NCBI GenBank assembly: GCA_016789725.1
Contig: JAEUQN010000004.1
Location: 99-64,098, forward strand
Reading direction: 5' to 3'
From: Blastocatellia bacterium
GTDB lineage: Bacteria; Acidobacteriota; Blastocatellia; RBC074
DNA length: 64,000 nt
Shown: piece after piece, positions 1-9,696 of the stretch
How the letters are laid out: each line of letters starts with the position of its first letter
Numbering within the stretch: the stretch's first letter is position 1
Made by a program: the position numbers and the translations under genes
The notes under the pieces: generated by a model
The model's input: the letters and a program-made list of their open reading frames with translations, nothing else
What the model was told of the DNA's origin: nothing
Databases searched by the model: none

Positions 1-212
1 TCGAGGTAGCGGTGTTTGCGGAAGCCGATAAACCGCTTGAGGAAGTGACGCCACTCTATATTCAAAAACATCGGCTGCGCAGCGGGAAGCAGAGGCTGAC
101 CATTCGCACGACACAGAAGCCAGGCCTTGCGGCGCTTGACCCGTTCCATAAAATGATTGAGCGTAGCGCGGGAAATAACAGCCAAAAGATAGCGGTGGTG
201 CCAAGCCGATAG
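1..212 (+). CDS. 3' end of a gene entering from upstream (C-terminal fragment, product uncertain; possibly M1-aminopeptidase/ABC-permease-fusion-type tail)
   Basis: Frame is open from base 3 to the stop at 210-212. The tail QKPGLAALDPFHKMIERSAGNN resembles the GIDPYNKLIDR..DN C-terminal tail I associate with that family (weak, from memory). Confidence 0.35.
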   Translation, partial: EVAVFAEADKPLEEVTPLYIQKHRLRSGKQRLTIRTTQKPGLAALDPFHKMIERSAGNNSQKIAVVPSR

Positions 213-236
213 CCCATTCCATTCCCTAAACGCCCG

Positions 237-911
237 TCACGCCTGCCGCCGCACCATTTCATTGATCCAGATTGGAGCGAAAGGAGAAGTGCATCCTTTG
301 GAAACAGGGTAGTCACGATAAATGCCCAAGGCTTCGCCGATGGCGATGGCGCGTTTGCGATATTGGGGATGATGGATGCCGATGCCTGCCAGACAGAAGT
401 TCATCGTCCATTGCACGGGCGCAACGGCGCTCGCCATTTCGGATTCAAGGCGGTCAAGTAAGGCCGACAGGTCAAGCCCTTCCGGGCTTCTGGCAATTCG
501 CGCTGAAGTCAGATTCCATCCGGCACGCGCTGCCCAAGGGTCATCTGCATTCATCCACTTTTGGCGCAGCGCCTCTTTGTCTGGATGGTTTTTGACGACG
601 TAGGAATTGAACCAGTCCGCCAACCACGCAAAGTCGGCGGCTCGCACCATCCGATCCATTTCGTCGCTGGACAGCTTGTTCGGTTTTATCAGCAGGATGG
701 CCAGCAACCGGGCATCAATGTTGCCGGTTTCCCAGAGCGCAAGGGCGAGTTCGTGATTAGTCTTCAGCTTGGCGGCCAGTTTGCGGATGTCGCCGAGCGG
801 CACGCCGAAGAGATTGTCGCCCGCGCCGTTTTTCTGGTGCAGCGCGCGCGTCTTCTCGTTGCCGAGCGATTGGAGCTGCGCCAGTGTTTCGTTGAGTACG
901 TTGGTCGTCAT
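237..911 (-). CDS. DNA alkylation repair protein (AlkD-like HEAT-repeat family)
   Basis: 224-aa all-helical ORF. The blocks LALALWETGNIDARLLA, FAWLADWFNSYVV and WTMNFCLAGIG are typical of the DNA alkylation repair enzyme family. Confidence 0.8.
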   Translation of the reverse strand: MTTNVLNETLAQLQSLGNEKTRALHQKNGAGDNLFGVPLGDIRKLAAKLKTNHELALALWETGNIDARLLAILLIKPNKLSSDEMDRMVRAADFAWLADWFNSYVVKNHPDKEALRQKWMNADDPWAARAGWNLTSARIARSPEGLDLSALLDRLESEMASAVAPVQWTMNFCLAGIGIHHPQYRKRAIAIGEALGIYRDYPVSKGCTSPFAPIWINEMVRRQA

Positions 912-987
912 TGGAGTCTCCCAGGCGAAATACTATGAATTCGTCGTCTTCACAATTTTCTATTTTAAGTCGGTTTTCAAATGGATA

Positions 988-1070
988 TAGGGGAAAAGTA
1001 CCACGGGGAGTGCGGAGCAGCTAAACAAGCTTCTTTTCCCCGTGTCCCCAGTGGTTCACTCCCTCCACTC
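988..1070. repeat. diverged copy of the 'cac(a/g)g(a/g)g' palindromic intergenic element
   Basis: gtaccacggggagtgcggag ... ccccgtgtccccagtggttcac forms imperfect inverted arms related to the elements at 18.3 kb and 61.3 kb. It lies between the ADH stop and the AlkD-like start. Confidence 0.45.
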
Positions 1071-1084
1071 AACTAAAAATTGAT

Positions 1085-2125
1085 CTAGAATTCGGTCACA
1101 ACCGTCACGCCCGCGACCTCAAACTGATCCATCTTCACGAGCGCGTCAATAGATTGTTCCAGCGAGATGGTTCGGCCAATGAGTTTTTCCGGCGTGAGTT
1201 TTCCGCTTTCAATCATAGCGAACAAGGCGTCGTAACGATGGGCCTGCATGCCGTGACTGCCGAGGATTTCTAATTCGTGCGCGATGACTTTGCTCATCGG
1301 AATCGCAGGCGTACTTTGCTCCGCGAGCATCAATCCAACTTGAATGTGCTTGCCGCGCTTACGCAGATTGCTGATGGAATTGAAACACGTCGTCGGATGG
1401 CCGAGCGCATCCAGCGAAACGTGCGCGCCACCTTTCGTAATCTCAATCACCGCTTCGGCGACATTGGCAACGTGCGCAGCATTGACCACAGCCGTCGCGC
1501 CCACAGCCTTTGCCATTCGCAGCGCATCGTCCGAAATATCTATTGCCACCACATTCGCGCCCATCGCATTGGCAATCATAATCGCCGACAATCCCACACC
1601 ACCGCAGCCGTGCACCGCGACCCATTGTCCGGCAGAAGTTTTTCCCTGATCCACGACCGCACGAAACGAAGTCACAAACCGACAACCCAAACTCGCCGCC
1701 GCCACAAAATCCAGCGTGTCAGGCAAGCGCACCAGATTCGTGTCGGCGTGATGAATTCCAACATACTCGGCAAATGATCCCCAATGCGTGAAGCCCGGTT
1801 GAAATTGATGATCGCAAACCTGCTGATTCCCGCTAGCGCATTGCGGGCAAGCGCCACAGCCACCGACGAACGGCACTGTGACGCGATCCCCGATGTGCCA
1901 TTTGGTTACGTTTTTGCCGACAGCAGCGATGACACCCGCCAATTCGTGGCCGGGTACGTGCGGCGGTTGAATGTCGGCATCGTGACCGACCCAGCCGTGC
2001 CAATCGCTGCGGCAAACGCCAGTGGCTTTGACTTGCACGACGACGCCGTGAGGTTCAGGCGTAGGATCGGGGACGTGTTTGAGTTGAGGTGGTGTATTAA
2101 AGGCTTCGTAGACGACAGCTTTCAT
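1085..2125 (-). CDS. zinc-dependent alcohol dehydrogenase (MDR family)
   Basis: GVCRSDWH and GHELAG catalytic-zinc motifs, structural zinc site [15 protein letters not shown], Rossmann motif GCGGVG. Confidence 0.9.
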   Translation of the reverse strand: MKAVVYEAFNTPPQLKHVPDPTPEPHGVVVQVKATGVCRSDWHGWVGHDADIQPPHVPGHELAGVIAAVGKNVTKWHIGDRVTVPFVGGCGACPQCASGNQQVCDHQFQPGFTHWGSFAEYVGIHHADTNLVRLPDTLDFVAAASLGCRFVTSFRAVVDQGKTSAGQWVAVHGCGGVGLSAIMIANAMGANVVAIDISDDALRMAKAVGATAVVNAAHVANVAEAVIEITKGGAHVSLDALGHPTTCFNSISNLRKRGKHIQVGLMLAEQSTPAIPMSKVIAHELEILGSHGMQAHRYDALFAMIESGKLTPEKLIGRTISLEQSIDALVKMDQFEVAGVTVVTEF

Positions 2126-2441
2126 GAAATTGGCTCCTTGTTGTAGATCATGCGTCCCCGATCTTAACTGGAAATGATGCGATACCGTTCATATTGAAAA
2201 TGATTTCACCAGCATTGTACACAGACGCAATGAATTCCCAATTCTGAGGACAGGCGCAATTTCGCACAGCAGGCTTCAGCACCTTTCACTAGGTGAAGTA
2301 CAATCGCTCGGCAACTCTACGTCACTGCCAGTCTTTCGGGCGTATCAGCCGCAGGGCGCGTCCGTGCGAAAGTCAATCGGGCCGAACAGGCTGGTAGTCT
2401 TTGCCTTGTCTAAGGCAGGTACGGCAGTTGGAAAAAATGCT

Positions 2442-3611
2442 ATGAATATCACTTTGGCTATCCCCTTATCACTTAGAGTTTGCGCCGTGCTTTGCCTCAC
2501 GGCGTTACCGCTTGTGGCACAAACGCCTGCGCCTGCTCCCACAACGATCCCCAGTCGGGATTACATCACGGCGCGGTTGACCGATTTGCGCAAGATTCAT
2601 ACGCCCGAAGGCATTGAGGTGCTGGAAGAAGTTACTATCGGCGGCGTGCGCCAGTGGGTTTCGATTCGCGGGCTGAATCGCGCCAATCCGGTGTTGCTAT
2701 TCATTCACGGCGGTCCCGGCACGCCGATGATGCCGATGACATGGGCTTATCAGGCACCGTGGGAAGATTTCTTTACTGTCGTGCAATGGGATCAACGCGG
2801 CGTCGGCAAAAACGCCAGCACCGCCGACCGCGAAGCCCTCAAGCCTACGCTCAACAACGAACGCCTCATCGCCGATGCCGAAGAGATGACCGCCTGGGTA
2901 CGCAAGCGGCTTAGCAAGGAAAAGATCGTGGTGATGGGCTATTCCTACGGCACTTCAATCGCGATGGCGCTGGCGCAGCGGCGACCGGAGTGGCTACACG
3001 CGTACGTCGGCGTAGGTCAGATGGGCAGCGGCAGCGGCGAAGAATACATTTACAAACGCCTGCTCGAACTGGCGACCAATTCCAAAAACGAAGAAGCCTT
3101 GCGCGAGTTGAAAGCTATCGCGCCGTATCCCGGCCCCAATCGCACGATGGCGGACACGCTGCTGGTGCGCAAATGGGCGCGACGGTTCAATGGTGGCTGG
3201 TACGGCAAGCCGAATTTTGATTTGTTGTTCTCCCTACCTGATTGGGCGCCCGAATACACGCAGGCTGACGTAGATGCACATGAGAAAGCTTCGCAATGGT
3301 TCTCCCGCACGGTCATGGCCAATTCGCGCGCACAAGCTGCCAGCGCTCTGCCCGAAAGCCAGAACGCCAGTAACCGTAAGTCTTTCAAAGTGCCTTTCAT
3401 CGTGATGATGGGGCGCAACGATTTGCACACGCCGTATGAACCTGCGAAAGCGTTTTTCGAGACGATTGAAGCACCGCACAAACGTTTCATCACGCTGGAA
3501 CGCTCGGCGCACGTCCCGATGCTGGAAGAACCTGGAACGTTTTTGCTGGCACTCATTCAGGAAGTATTGCCACTCACGGAAGGCCGCGCTGCTTTTGCGC
3601 CATCGCGGTAG
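2442..3611 (+). CDS. secreted alpha/beta hydrolase (prolyl aminopeptidase-like, S33)
   Basis: The ORF is 2364..3611; I moved the start to ATG 2442, which gives the signal peptide [27 protein letters not shown]. It has an HGGPG oxyanion motif and a GYSYG nucleophile elbow. Confidence 0.85.
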   Translation: MNITLAIPLSLRVCAVLCLTALPLVAQTPAPAPTTIPSRDYITARLTDLRKIHTPEGIEVLEEVTIGGVRQWVSIRGLNRANPVLLFIHGGPGTPMMPMTWAYQAPWEDFFTVVQWDQRGVGKNASTADREALKPTLNNERLIADAEEMTAWVRKRLSKEKIVVMGYSYGTSIAMALAQRRPEWLHAYVGVGQMGSGSGEEYIYKRLLELATNSKNEEALRELKAIAPYPGPNRTMADTLLVRKWARRFNGGWYGKPNFDLLFSLPDWAPEYTQADVDAHEKASQWFSRTVMANSRAQAASALPESQNASNRKSFKVPFIVMMGRNDLHTPYEPAKAFFETIEAPHKRFITLERSAHVPMLEEPGTFLLALIQEVLPLTEGRAAFAPSR

Positions 3612-3652
3612 TCAGAATTCCTTCCCCTATTTTCTTCATCGGAGCTATAACT

Positions 3653-3922
3653 ATGTTCGTTCGATTTCTACTCGTAATCGTTTTGCTGTTGTCCGTCGCA
3701 ACAGGCACACGCCAGGTGCTGGCAACAAAACAGGCACTGCAAGCGGCGACGTCTGTGGCGGCAGAATGCTTCGGATTGGCGCAGCGCACTGGTGCCATCA
3801 AAGCCGGATTGGAAGCGGATCTGATCGTGGTCGAACGCAATCCGCTGGATCAACTCGGCAACCTGCAAGATGTCTTGCTGGTCATCAACAATGGCCGCGT
3901 CGCCATCAATCGCCTGCGGTAA
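3653..3922 (+). pseudogene. 3' remnant of an amidohydrolase gene (only the C-terminal ~60 aa retained)
   Basis: TKQALQAATSVAAECFGLAQRTGAIKAGLEADLIVVERNPLDQLGNLQDVLLVINNGRVAINRL is the canonical C-terminal strand-helix tail of ~400-aa metal-dependent amidohydrolases. No upstream catalytic barrel is present, because the preceding gene ends at 3611. Confidence 0.55.
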
Positions 3923-3967
3923 TAAAACAATATGCCGGTTTGTTTTACCGGAACTTCAAGCAAGATT

Positions 3968-5233
3968 ATGACCATCACACGTCGAAATTTTCTCTCGCAA
4001 TCCGCCAGCACATTGGCTCTAAGCGCTACGACCGCCTTCGCAAAAAAGTCACCGTGCATCCTGCTCCGTTCTTCGTGGCAGGTCGTCAACATCGGTGACA
4101 TCGCCCATACGCCGGGCGTGCTGGCGCTGCTCGAAAAATACCTGCCCGATGCCGAAGTCCGTTTGTGGGCGTCACCGGATTTGTCCGCCGAAGTCATGGC
4201 AATGGAGCATCGGCGCTTTCCGAAGCTGCCGATTATCAAAGGCAGTATTGATGAGAAGGGTAAAGCGTCAAATCCTGAATTACAGGCGGCGCTGAGCTGG
4301 TGCGATTTTCTGTTGCACGGTTCCGGCCCGTCGCTGGTTGCGTCCAAAGATGTAGCCGCGTTCATCAAACACACGGGCAAGCCGTTTGGCGTGTACGGCA
4401 TCACGCACGGTTCGTTTCAATCCGGCACGAATGACAGGGAACTGCTCACTCAGGCGAAATTTGTTTTCTTTCGCGACTCGCCTTCGCTGCAACTGGCGCA
4501 GCGCGAAGGCGTCAAAGCGCCCGTGATGGAATTTGCTCCTGACGGTGCCTTCGCGTGCGATCTGCGGGACGACGCAAAGGCGACGGCGTTTTTGCAGGCC
4601 AATCAACTCGAAGCCGGAAAATTCCTCTGCTGTATTCCGCGCCTACGCTACACGCCGTATTGGAAGATTCGCAATCAGCCGCTCAACGCCGAACGTGAGG
4701 CGCGCAATCAGGCGATGGCTGAGCACGATCACGCGCCATTGCGAGCGGCCATCACGGCAGTCATCCGCGAAACGAAACACAAGGTGTTGCTCTGTCCCGA
4801 AGACATGACGCAGATGGAAGTCGGCAAACAATGGGTTTATGACAAACTGCCCGAAGACGTAAAATCGCGTGTCGTCTGGCGCGAAAAGTTCTGGCTGACT
4901 GATGAAGCCCTGAGCGTCTACATCCGTTCTGCCGGGTTGTTCGGCCTGGAAATGCACTCGCCAATCATGGCGGTTGGTAACGGCATTCCCGCCATCGTCG
5001 GACGCTTCGCCGAACAGACCAGCAAAGGATTTATGTGGCGCGATATTGGCCTGGGGGAGTGGCTGTTTGATTTCGATCAGGACGCTGAAATCGCGAACTA
5101 TGTGCCGGCGGTGCTGGCAATGGCGAAGAATCCTGCTGCCGCCAAAGCTAAGCTTGCTCAGGCGCGGCGGTTCGTGCAACAGCGACAGCGCGATACGATG
5201 CAAATCTTGCGCAGGGAATTGGACCGGTTATGA
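3968..5233 (+). CDS. Tat-leader protein, polysaccharide pyruvyl transferase-like family
   Basis: Twin-arginine leader MTITRRNFLSQSASTLALSATTAFA. The body (VNIGDIAHTPGVLALLEKYLP ...) resembles pyruvyl-transferase family proteins (from memory). An alternative start exists at 3932. Confidence 0.65.
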   Translation: MTITRRNFLSQSASTLALSATTAFAKKSPCILLRSSWQVVNIGDIAHTPGVLALLEKYLPDAEVRLWASPDLSAEVMAMEHRRFPKLPIIKGSIDEKGKASNPELQAALSWCDFLLHGSGPSLVASKDVAAFIKHTGKPFGVYGITHGSFQSGTNDRELLTQAKFVFFRDSPSLQLAQREGVKAPVMEFAPDGAFACDLRDDAKATAFLQANQLEAGKFLCCIPRLRYTPYWKIRNQPLNAEREARNQAMAEHDHAPLRAAITAVIRETKHKVLLCPEDMTQMEVGKQWVYDKLPEDVKSRVVWREKFWLTDEALSVYIRSAGLFGLEMHSPIMAVGNGIPAIVGRFAEQTSKGFMWRDIGLGEWLFDFDQDAEIANYVPAVLAMAKNPAAAKAKLAQARRFVQQRQRDTMQILRRELDRL

Positions 5234-5268
5234 TCGCACTTTCAAAAGAGACACTTGGTAAAACGTAA

Positions 5269-5309
5269 TTGCCCGTCGTTGTGAATACTACGTTTGCAAC
5301 GACGGGCAA
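5269..5309. terminator. hairpin between convergent genes (possible bidirectional terminator)
   Basis: 13-bp perfect stem ttgcccgtcgttg / caacgacgggcaa. The flanking U-tracts are weak. Confidence 0.5.
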
Positions 5310-5334
5310 AATATGTGACAGATTGGTTTGAGCC

Positions 5335-7332
5335 CTATTTTACGGGGCGCTGCAAAACTTCGGCCAGCGCCTGCATCCGCTTCCCATCTATTGCACTCTT
5401 GGCATTCGGCGCGCTTTCCTTCAGCGTGCGTGCGAAGCTTTGGAGTTGGGCACGGCCTTTGGTTAGCCCTGAACTCTCGGCAGTCTGAATCGCATTTCGC
5501 ATCGCCGTGATTTGATCGGCGGGTAGGGATTGCGACCGTTCCAACTGATCGAGATAGGCTTTGGCAACGACCAATTTGTTCGGCCACACAATGCGTTCCT
5601 GGTTCTGCACATTCAGCGCCGCGACACGCACTGTTTTTGCGGCGTCAATTTCGTTTTGGGTGAGCAATTCGCCGGTGGTCAACTCAAAGACATCCAGACC
5701 GCGTGCGATTTCGGAAGAGTAGATGTGACCGTTGTACCAATATGTTGACCACGCACCGCCGAGGACGAGCATCTTCGGGTCAATCGGCCCACGGTCGAAA
5801 TAGGCAATTTCCACCGGACGAGACTCGTCGGTAAAGTCCATCACGGAAATGCCGCCCTGATACCAAGCTTGTACTTTGATGTCACGGCCCGGCACGGGAA
5901 CAAGCGAGCCATTGTGGGCAACGCAGTTCTCAGTGTCGCTTTGTGCGGCGGGCATCTTATAGTAGCTCGCAAAATCCAGCTTGTTCTCACGCAACCGAAA
6001 AATTGCGTTCGCGCCCCATACGTTCGGATCGGTAAGGCGGCAACGCGCGCCCATTCCTCCGCCCCACTCGTCGGTGAACACCACTTTGGTCCCATCGTTG
6101 GAAAACGAAGCCGAGTGCCAATAGGAATAGTTCGGATCGTTGACGGCGTCTATGCGTTTGGGATTCACGGGGTCTTTGATGTCGAGCACGATGCCATTGC
6201 CAGAACAGGCTCCGGCGGCTAATCCAAGCGCCGAGTATACTGTGATGTCGTGGCACTGGTCGCTGTCGGTGGGCTTCTCGGTGCCGTGCGAAGCGCCGCT
6301 CTTCAAGGCGTTGAGTGCTCCGGTACGAGCATCCATAAACACGCGCGGGCTGGAAACGACTTTGGCAGTGTTTGGCGCAGAGAGCGGGACTTTGATGACC
6401 TCAATGCGAAACAGCGAAGTGTTCGGGTCTTTGTCCGGGGCTTCGGCGGAACAGCCAGGCAACTCTTCGCCCTGCCGCACGAACGAAGTGCCGGACACGT
6501 AGATGTAAACGTTCTTCTTGTCCTTCGGATCAACGACCAGCGTATGCGTGTGCGAGCCGCGACAGGTTTGCACGGCGGCGATTTGTTTGGGGCGTTGAAT
6601 ATTGGAAATATCGAAGATTCTCACGCCACGAAAGCGGTCTTTGCTGGGCGCGGGCAAGGTTGGTTTGTTTTCCTCGCCTGCTTTGGGTGGAGGCGGTGGC
6701 GGAAAGCCTTCGATGCTGCAATCGAGGCGACCATTTGGTTGCTCGACCGACATAAACATCAGGTTCTTGTACACCGACACATCGCCTTGTCCGCCGGGGC
6801 AAACCATTGACGTAACCAGTTTGGTTTTCGCCGGGTTGGAGATGTCAAAGATGTTGACGCCATAAAAATTTCCCTGAAACAGATACCTGCCACGAAACGC
6901 GAGGTCAGAATTGGCGAATGCCAATTGCGCCATCACCAATTGAAACTGCTTCGGTATTTTGGTGGTGTCGGCGATGCCCATTGCGCCGAGGGTCTTTTGC
7001 ACTTTGGGATTCGCTGCGTCGTCGGAGCCGAGTTGAAACGCACCTGGTTTTTGATAAAGCATCAAGTGCTTCAAGCCCTTCGCGGTTTGTCCGGCGTCGT
7101 ACAATCCCGGTGTCAATTTGGTGCGCGGATCATTGGCATCAGAACCCGTCATGCCGGCGGGAAGCGGCGGCGCTTTCTCCGGTGCGAACGGATCATCCTG
7201 AGCTTTTTTCTGCTCGGTTTTTGTGTCGGTGGTTTTGGTGGGTTCCTGCGCTTGTATTTGAGCCGCGCAACACAGCGACAAAAGCAGCGCGATAGCGAAT
7301 AATTGGAGAGTCGAGGTGGTGTGTTTCATCAT
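5335..7332 (-). CDS. secreted LVIVD-repeat beta-propeller protein
   Basis: Signal peptide MMKHTTSTLQLFAIALLLSLCCAAQIQA. Recurrent LVIVD-type units are present (GVNIFDISNP, GVRIFDISNI, IVLDIKDP, GLDVFELT). Its start overlaps the upstream DUF305 stop by 4 nt. Confidence 0.7.
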   Translation of the reverse strand: MMKHTTSTLQLFAIALLLSLCCAAQIQAQEPTKTTDTKTEQKKAQDDPFAPEKAPPLPAGMTGSDANDPRTKLTPGLYDAGQTAKGLKHLMLYQKPGAFQLGSDDAANPKVQKTLGAMGIADTTKIPKQFQLVMAQLAFANSDLAFRGRYLFQGNFYGVNIFDISNPAKTKLVTSMVCPGGQGDVSVYKNLMFMSVEQPNGRLDCSIEGFPPPPPPKAGEENKPTLPAPSKDRFRGVRIFDISNIQRPKQIAAVQTCRGSHTHTLVVDPKDKKNVYIYVSGTSFVRQGEELPGCSAEAPDKDPNTSLFRIEVIKVPLSAPNTAKVVSSPRVFMDARTGALNALKSGASHGTEKPTDSDQCHDITVYSALGLAAGACSGNGIVLDIKDPVNPKRIDAVNDPNYSYWHSASFSNDGTKVVFTDEWGGGMGARCRLTDPNVWGANAIFRLRENKLDFASYYKMPAAQSDTENCVAHNGSLVPVPGRDIKVQAWYQGGISVMDFTDESRPVEIAYFDRGPIDPKMLVLGGAWSTYWYNGHIYSSEIARGLDVFELTTGELLTQNEIDAAKTVRVAALNVQNQERIVWPNKLVVAKAYLDQLERSQSLPADQITAMRNAIQTAESSGLTKGRAQLQSFARTLKESAPNAKSAIDGKRMQALAEVLQRPVK

Positions 7333-8075
7333 TTGTCCTTGGCAGAAATTTTTTCCAGCATCGTTTGCATAATCCGAATTTCAGCGCGCTGGCCGCTGTC
7401 TACATCGGTGGCGAAATTGAATATTTCAGCGTCCTGTCCCGCGCCCGCACTGTCGTGCAAATCTTTCACCATCGTCAATGCGCCGCCGTGGTGCTGAATC
7501 ATTCCGGTCAGAAAGAGACGGTCGAACTCCGCGCCTTTGGCGTTGCGGAGCGCGTCCATCTGTTCGGCGGTCAGCATTCCGGGCATCATCGCGTGCGACA
7601 TATTTTTATGGTTCGCGTGCATTTTGTGCATGTCGTGCGTGGGGTCTGCAACAGGCTGACCACGCGAAATGAGCCAGCGTTTCATAAACGCGATCTCGTC
7701 CGCTTGCGAATGGCTGATGCGCGCGCCGAGCGATCTTACATCCTTGTTTTCCGTGTGCGCTTCGATCAGTGCCGTCATTTCTACGGCTTGCGCGTGATGC
7801 GTAATCATGCCCTGCATGAACTGCACATCGGCAGTAGACAGGGGGGGCAGCTTGGCCTTCGTCGTCGCGGGAAGTGTGCGTGTCCGTTTGCCTGGCGCGC
7901 CCGGTTGCACCACGACCGGTTTCGTCGGAGCAGGCCGCTGTGCGTCGGCGCGCAAAGGGGACAAGCCGAAGAAAGAATTTGCTACAGCAAGCACGCAGGA
8001 ACATGCTGCGACGCTTACGACAGCCCGCATCGCCCAAGTCAAACAAAGTCTCACGTCACAAAAGTAGTTATTCAT
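7329..8075 (-). CDS. DUF305 family protein (ferritin-like four-helix, metal-associated)
   Basis: Duplicated His-rich helices MITHHAQAVEM and MIQHHGGALTM plus QADEIAFMKRWL. The start is ambiguous (ATG at 8075 or 8030); the 8297 start in the ORF track is unlikely. Confidence 0.8.
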   Translation of the reverse strand: MNNYFCDVRLCLTWAMRAVVSVAACSCVLAVANSFFGLSPLRADAQRPAPTKPVVVQPGAPGKRTRTLPATTKAKLPPLSTADVQFMQGMITHHAQAVEMTALIEAHTENKDVRSLGARISHSQADEIAFMKRWLISRGQPVADPTHDMHKMHANHKNMSHAMMPGMLTAEQMDALRNAKGAEFDRLFLTGMIQHHGGALTMVKDLHDSAGAGQDAEIFNFATDVDSGQRAEIRIMQTMLEKISAKDK

Positions 8076-8136
8076 TGTCGGTCTCGCATTATCAAATTTT
8101 TGCAGCAACTTCCAGCAATTCTCAATTGGAAGAAAA

Positions 8137-8263
8137 GCTGGCAGAAAAAGGAGGGCAGGAAAACCGCTGGCGCGCAAGAAGCGCGCGGCCGGGAGCCGAT
8201 GGTCGCCGCGCCTCACGCCATGCAAGGCAGTCCGCTTTTGCTTGCCTTCTTTTTCCTGCCAGC
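8137..8263. repeat. 127-nt element bounded by 23-bp imperfect inverted repeats
   Basis: gctggcagaaaaaggagggcagg (8137-8159) versus the reverse complement of cttgccttctttttcctgccagc (8241-8263): 19/23 match. There is an inner GC hairpin cgcgcaagaagcgcg. Confidence 0.55.
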
Positions 8264-8423
8264 ATTCTGGCTCCTTCGTTTTGTTCTGCGAATTCAATGA
8301 TGCCTTAAATACTATCAGTCTTGGCGATCTTTCAAAATGGATTTACCGCGCGCATCAGAGAAACCGCGCTGATGCTGATGGTGGGAACTATGTTTGCCTG
8401 AGGCTGACGTGTGGATTGGCGTA

Positions 8424-9647
8424 TCACTTGCGTGTCGGACTACTTCCCTGCTCCGCGAAGGCTTGCGCGATTTTCACCCCGATAGAGAACGTGTCGGCAT
8501 AGGACATATTCGACGTGACCGACACGACGATGCCGTATTCGGGAAACGTCATGAAAGACGCGACCATTCCGCCCAGCGACTTTCCGTCGTGTCCGACCAG
8601 AGTTGTTGGTGTTCCTTTCAGCGTGGCGGTTTCCAAGTCCCAGCCAAGACCGTAGCCAGTCTCCTGCCCTGAGGCCAGTCGCTGTGAGGTCTGGAGCAAT
8701 TGAACTGTAGCGGGTTGCAAGAGCTTGCCGCTGTTGATCGCCATCGCGAAGCGCACCAGATCGGACGGCGTGGACAGGAATACGCTGGAGCCTGCATAGC
8801 AGGAATAGTCGAGCGGGCGCGTTAGTTGCAGGCCATAGCGGGGATTCGCCGCGAACCTTGGGAAATAAAAAGTTGCCTGATTCGGGATTGACTTCGTTGC
8901 GGAATCGGCTGTGGTGTCGCGCATCCCCAGCGGCTCGAAGACTTGCTTCTGCATGAATGTGAGGAATGGTTCATTTGCAGCGGCCTCAACGGCTGCGCTC
9001 ACCGTAATCCAGCCGTAGCTCGAATAATGGTAATCAGTTCCCGGCTCAAACAACAGCTCACGTTCGTAGCCGCTGAAATATTTCAACGCTTCGACTGGTT
9101 GCTCGCAATGCTGCGAAAACAGTGGCCCTTCATCCCCGCCGTCGTTCGCGACGCCTGCCGTATGCCCCATCAACTGGCGCAATGTCACGGGCCATTGATA
9201 CTGAGGGAAAGCAGGCACGTACGTCTGAATTTTGTCGTCGAGCTTTAGTCTGCCTTTTTCCAGCAACAGGCCGACCGCAGCCGAGGTGAGCGCGGTGGAA
9301 GCTGTGCCGATTCTGAACCGCGTAGCTGGCGTGACGGGAACGCGATGATCAAGATCCGCATAGCCAAAGCCTTCAGCCCACACAATCTCGCCACCAACAC
9401 CGACTGCCACCGACAGACCCGGCAGGCTGTGCTCGGCGAGACTGGCGCGGGCGATTTGTTGCCCCTGTTTCACAGCCTCACCCCACTTTGGCAAGGGCGC
9501 CGAATCCGTCATGGATGGTATATCCTGCGCGTTCGGGTACAGGGGCGGAGTCGCCTTCATATACATCCAAACACCCGTGATGGCGGTGAGCAGCAGGCCA
9601 ATGCCGACGGCGATCATCACCAGCCAGGTCTGCGCACTTTTCGACAT
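8424..9647 (-). CDS. membrane-anchored serine-hydrolase (beta-lactamase/PBP4*-fold) homolog with degenerate catalytic motifs
   Basis: Start set at ATG 9647, preceded by GAGGAAG. An N-terminal TM helix is present. Family fold motifs are there, but SxxK reads TAST, YxN reads YSS and H/KTG reads HDG. Confidence 0.8.
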   Translation of the reverse strand: MSKSAQTWLVMIAVGIGLLLTAITGVWMYMKATPPLYPNAQDIPSMTDSAPLPKWGEAVKQGQQIARASLAEHSLPGLSVAVGVGGEIVWAEGFGYADLDHRVPVTPATRFRIGTASTALTSAAVGLLLEKGRLKLDDKIQTYVPAFPQYQWPVTLRQLMGHTAGVANDGGDEGPLFSQHCEQPVEALKYFSGYERELLFEPGTDYHYSSYGWITVSAAVEAAANEPFLTFMQKQVFEPLGMRDTTADSATKSIPNQATFYFPRFAANPRYGLQLTRPLDYSCYAGSSVFLSTPSDLVRFAMAINSGKLLQPATVQLLQTSQRLASGQETGYGLGWDLETATLKGTPTTLVGHDGKSLGGMVASFMTFPEYGIVVSVTSNMSYADTFSIGVKIAQAFAEQGSSPTRK

Positions 9648-9696
9648 GGTTCTTCCTCTCAGTTCTGACACTTCACGGTCTTGCTGTTGCTTACGA

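Noticed and set aside
7365-8300. 311-aa plus-strand ORF antisense to the DUF305 gene
   Set aside because: It is a shadow ORF of a GC-rich gene. The translation is Arg/His/Cys-rich and unlike a real protein, while the opposite strand carries clear DUF305 motifs.
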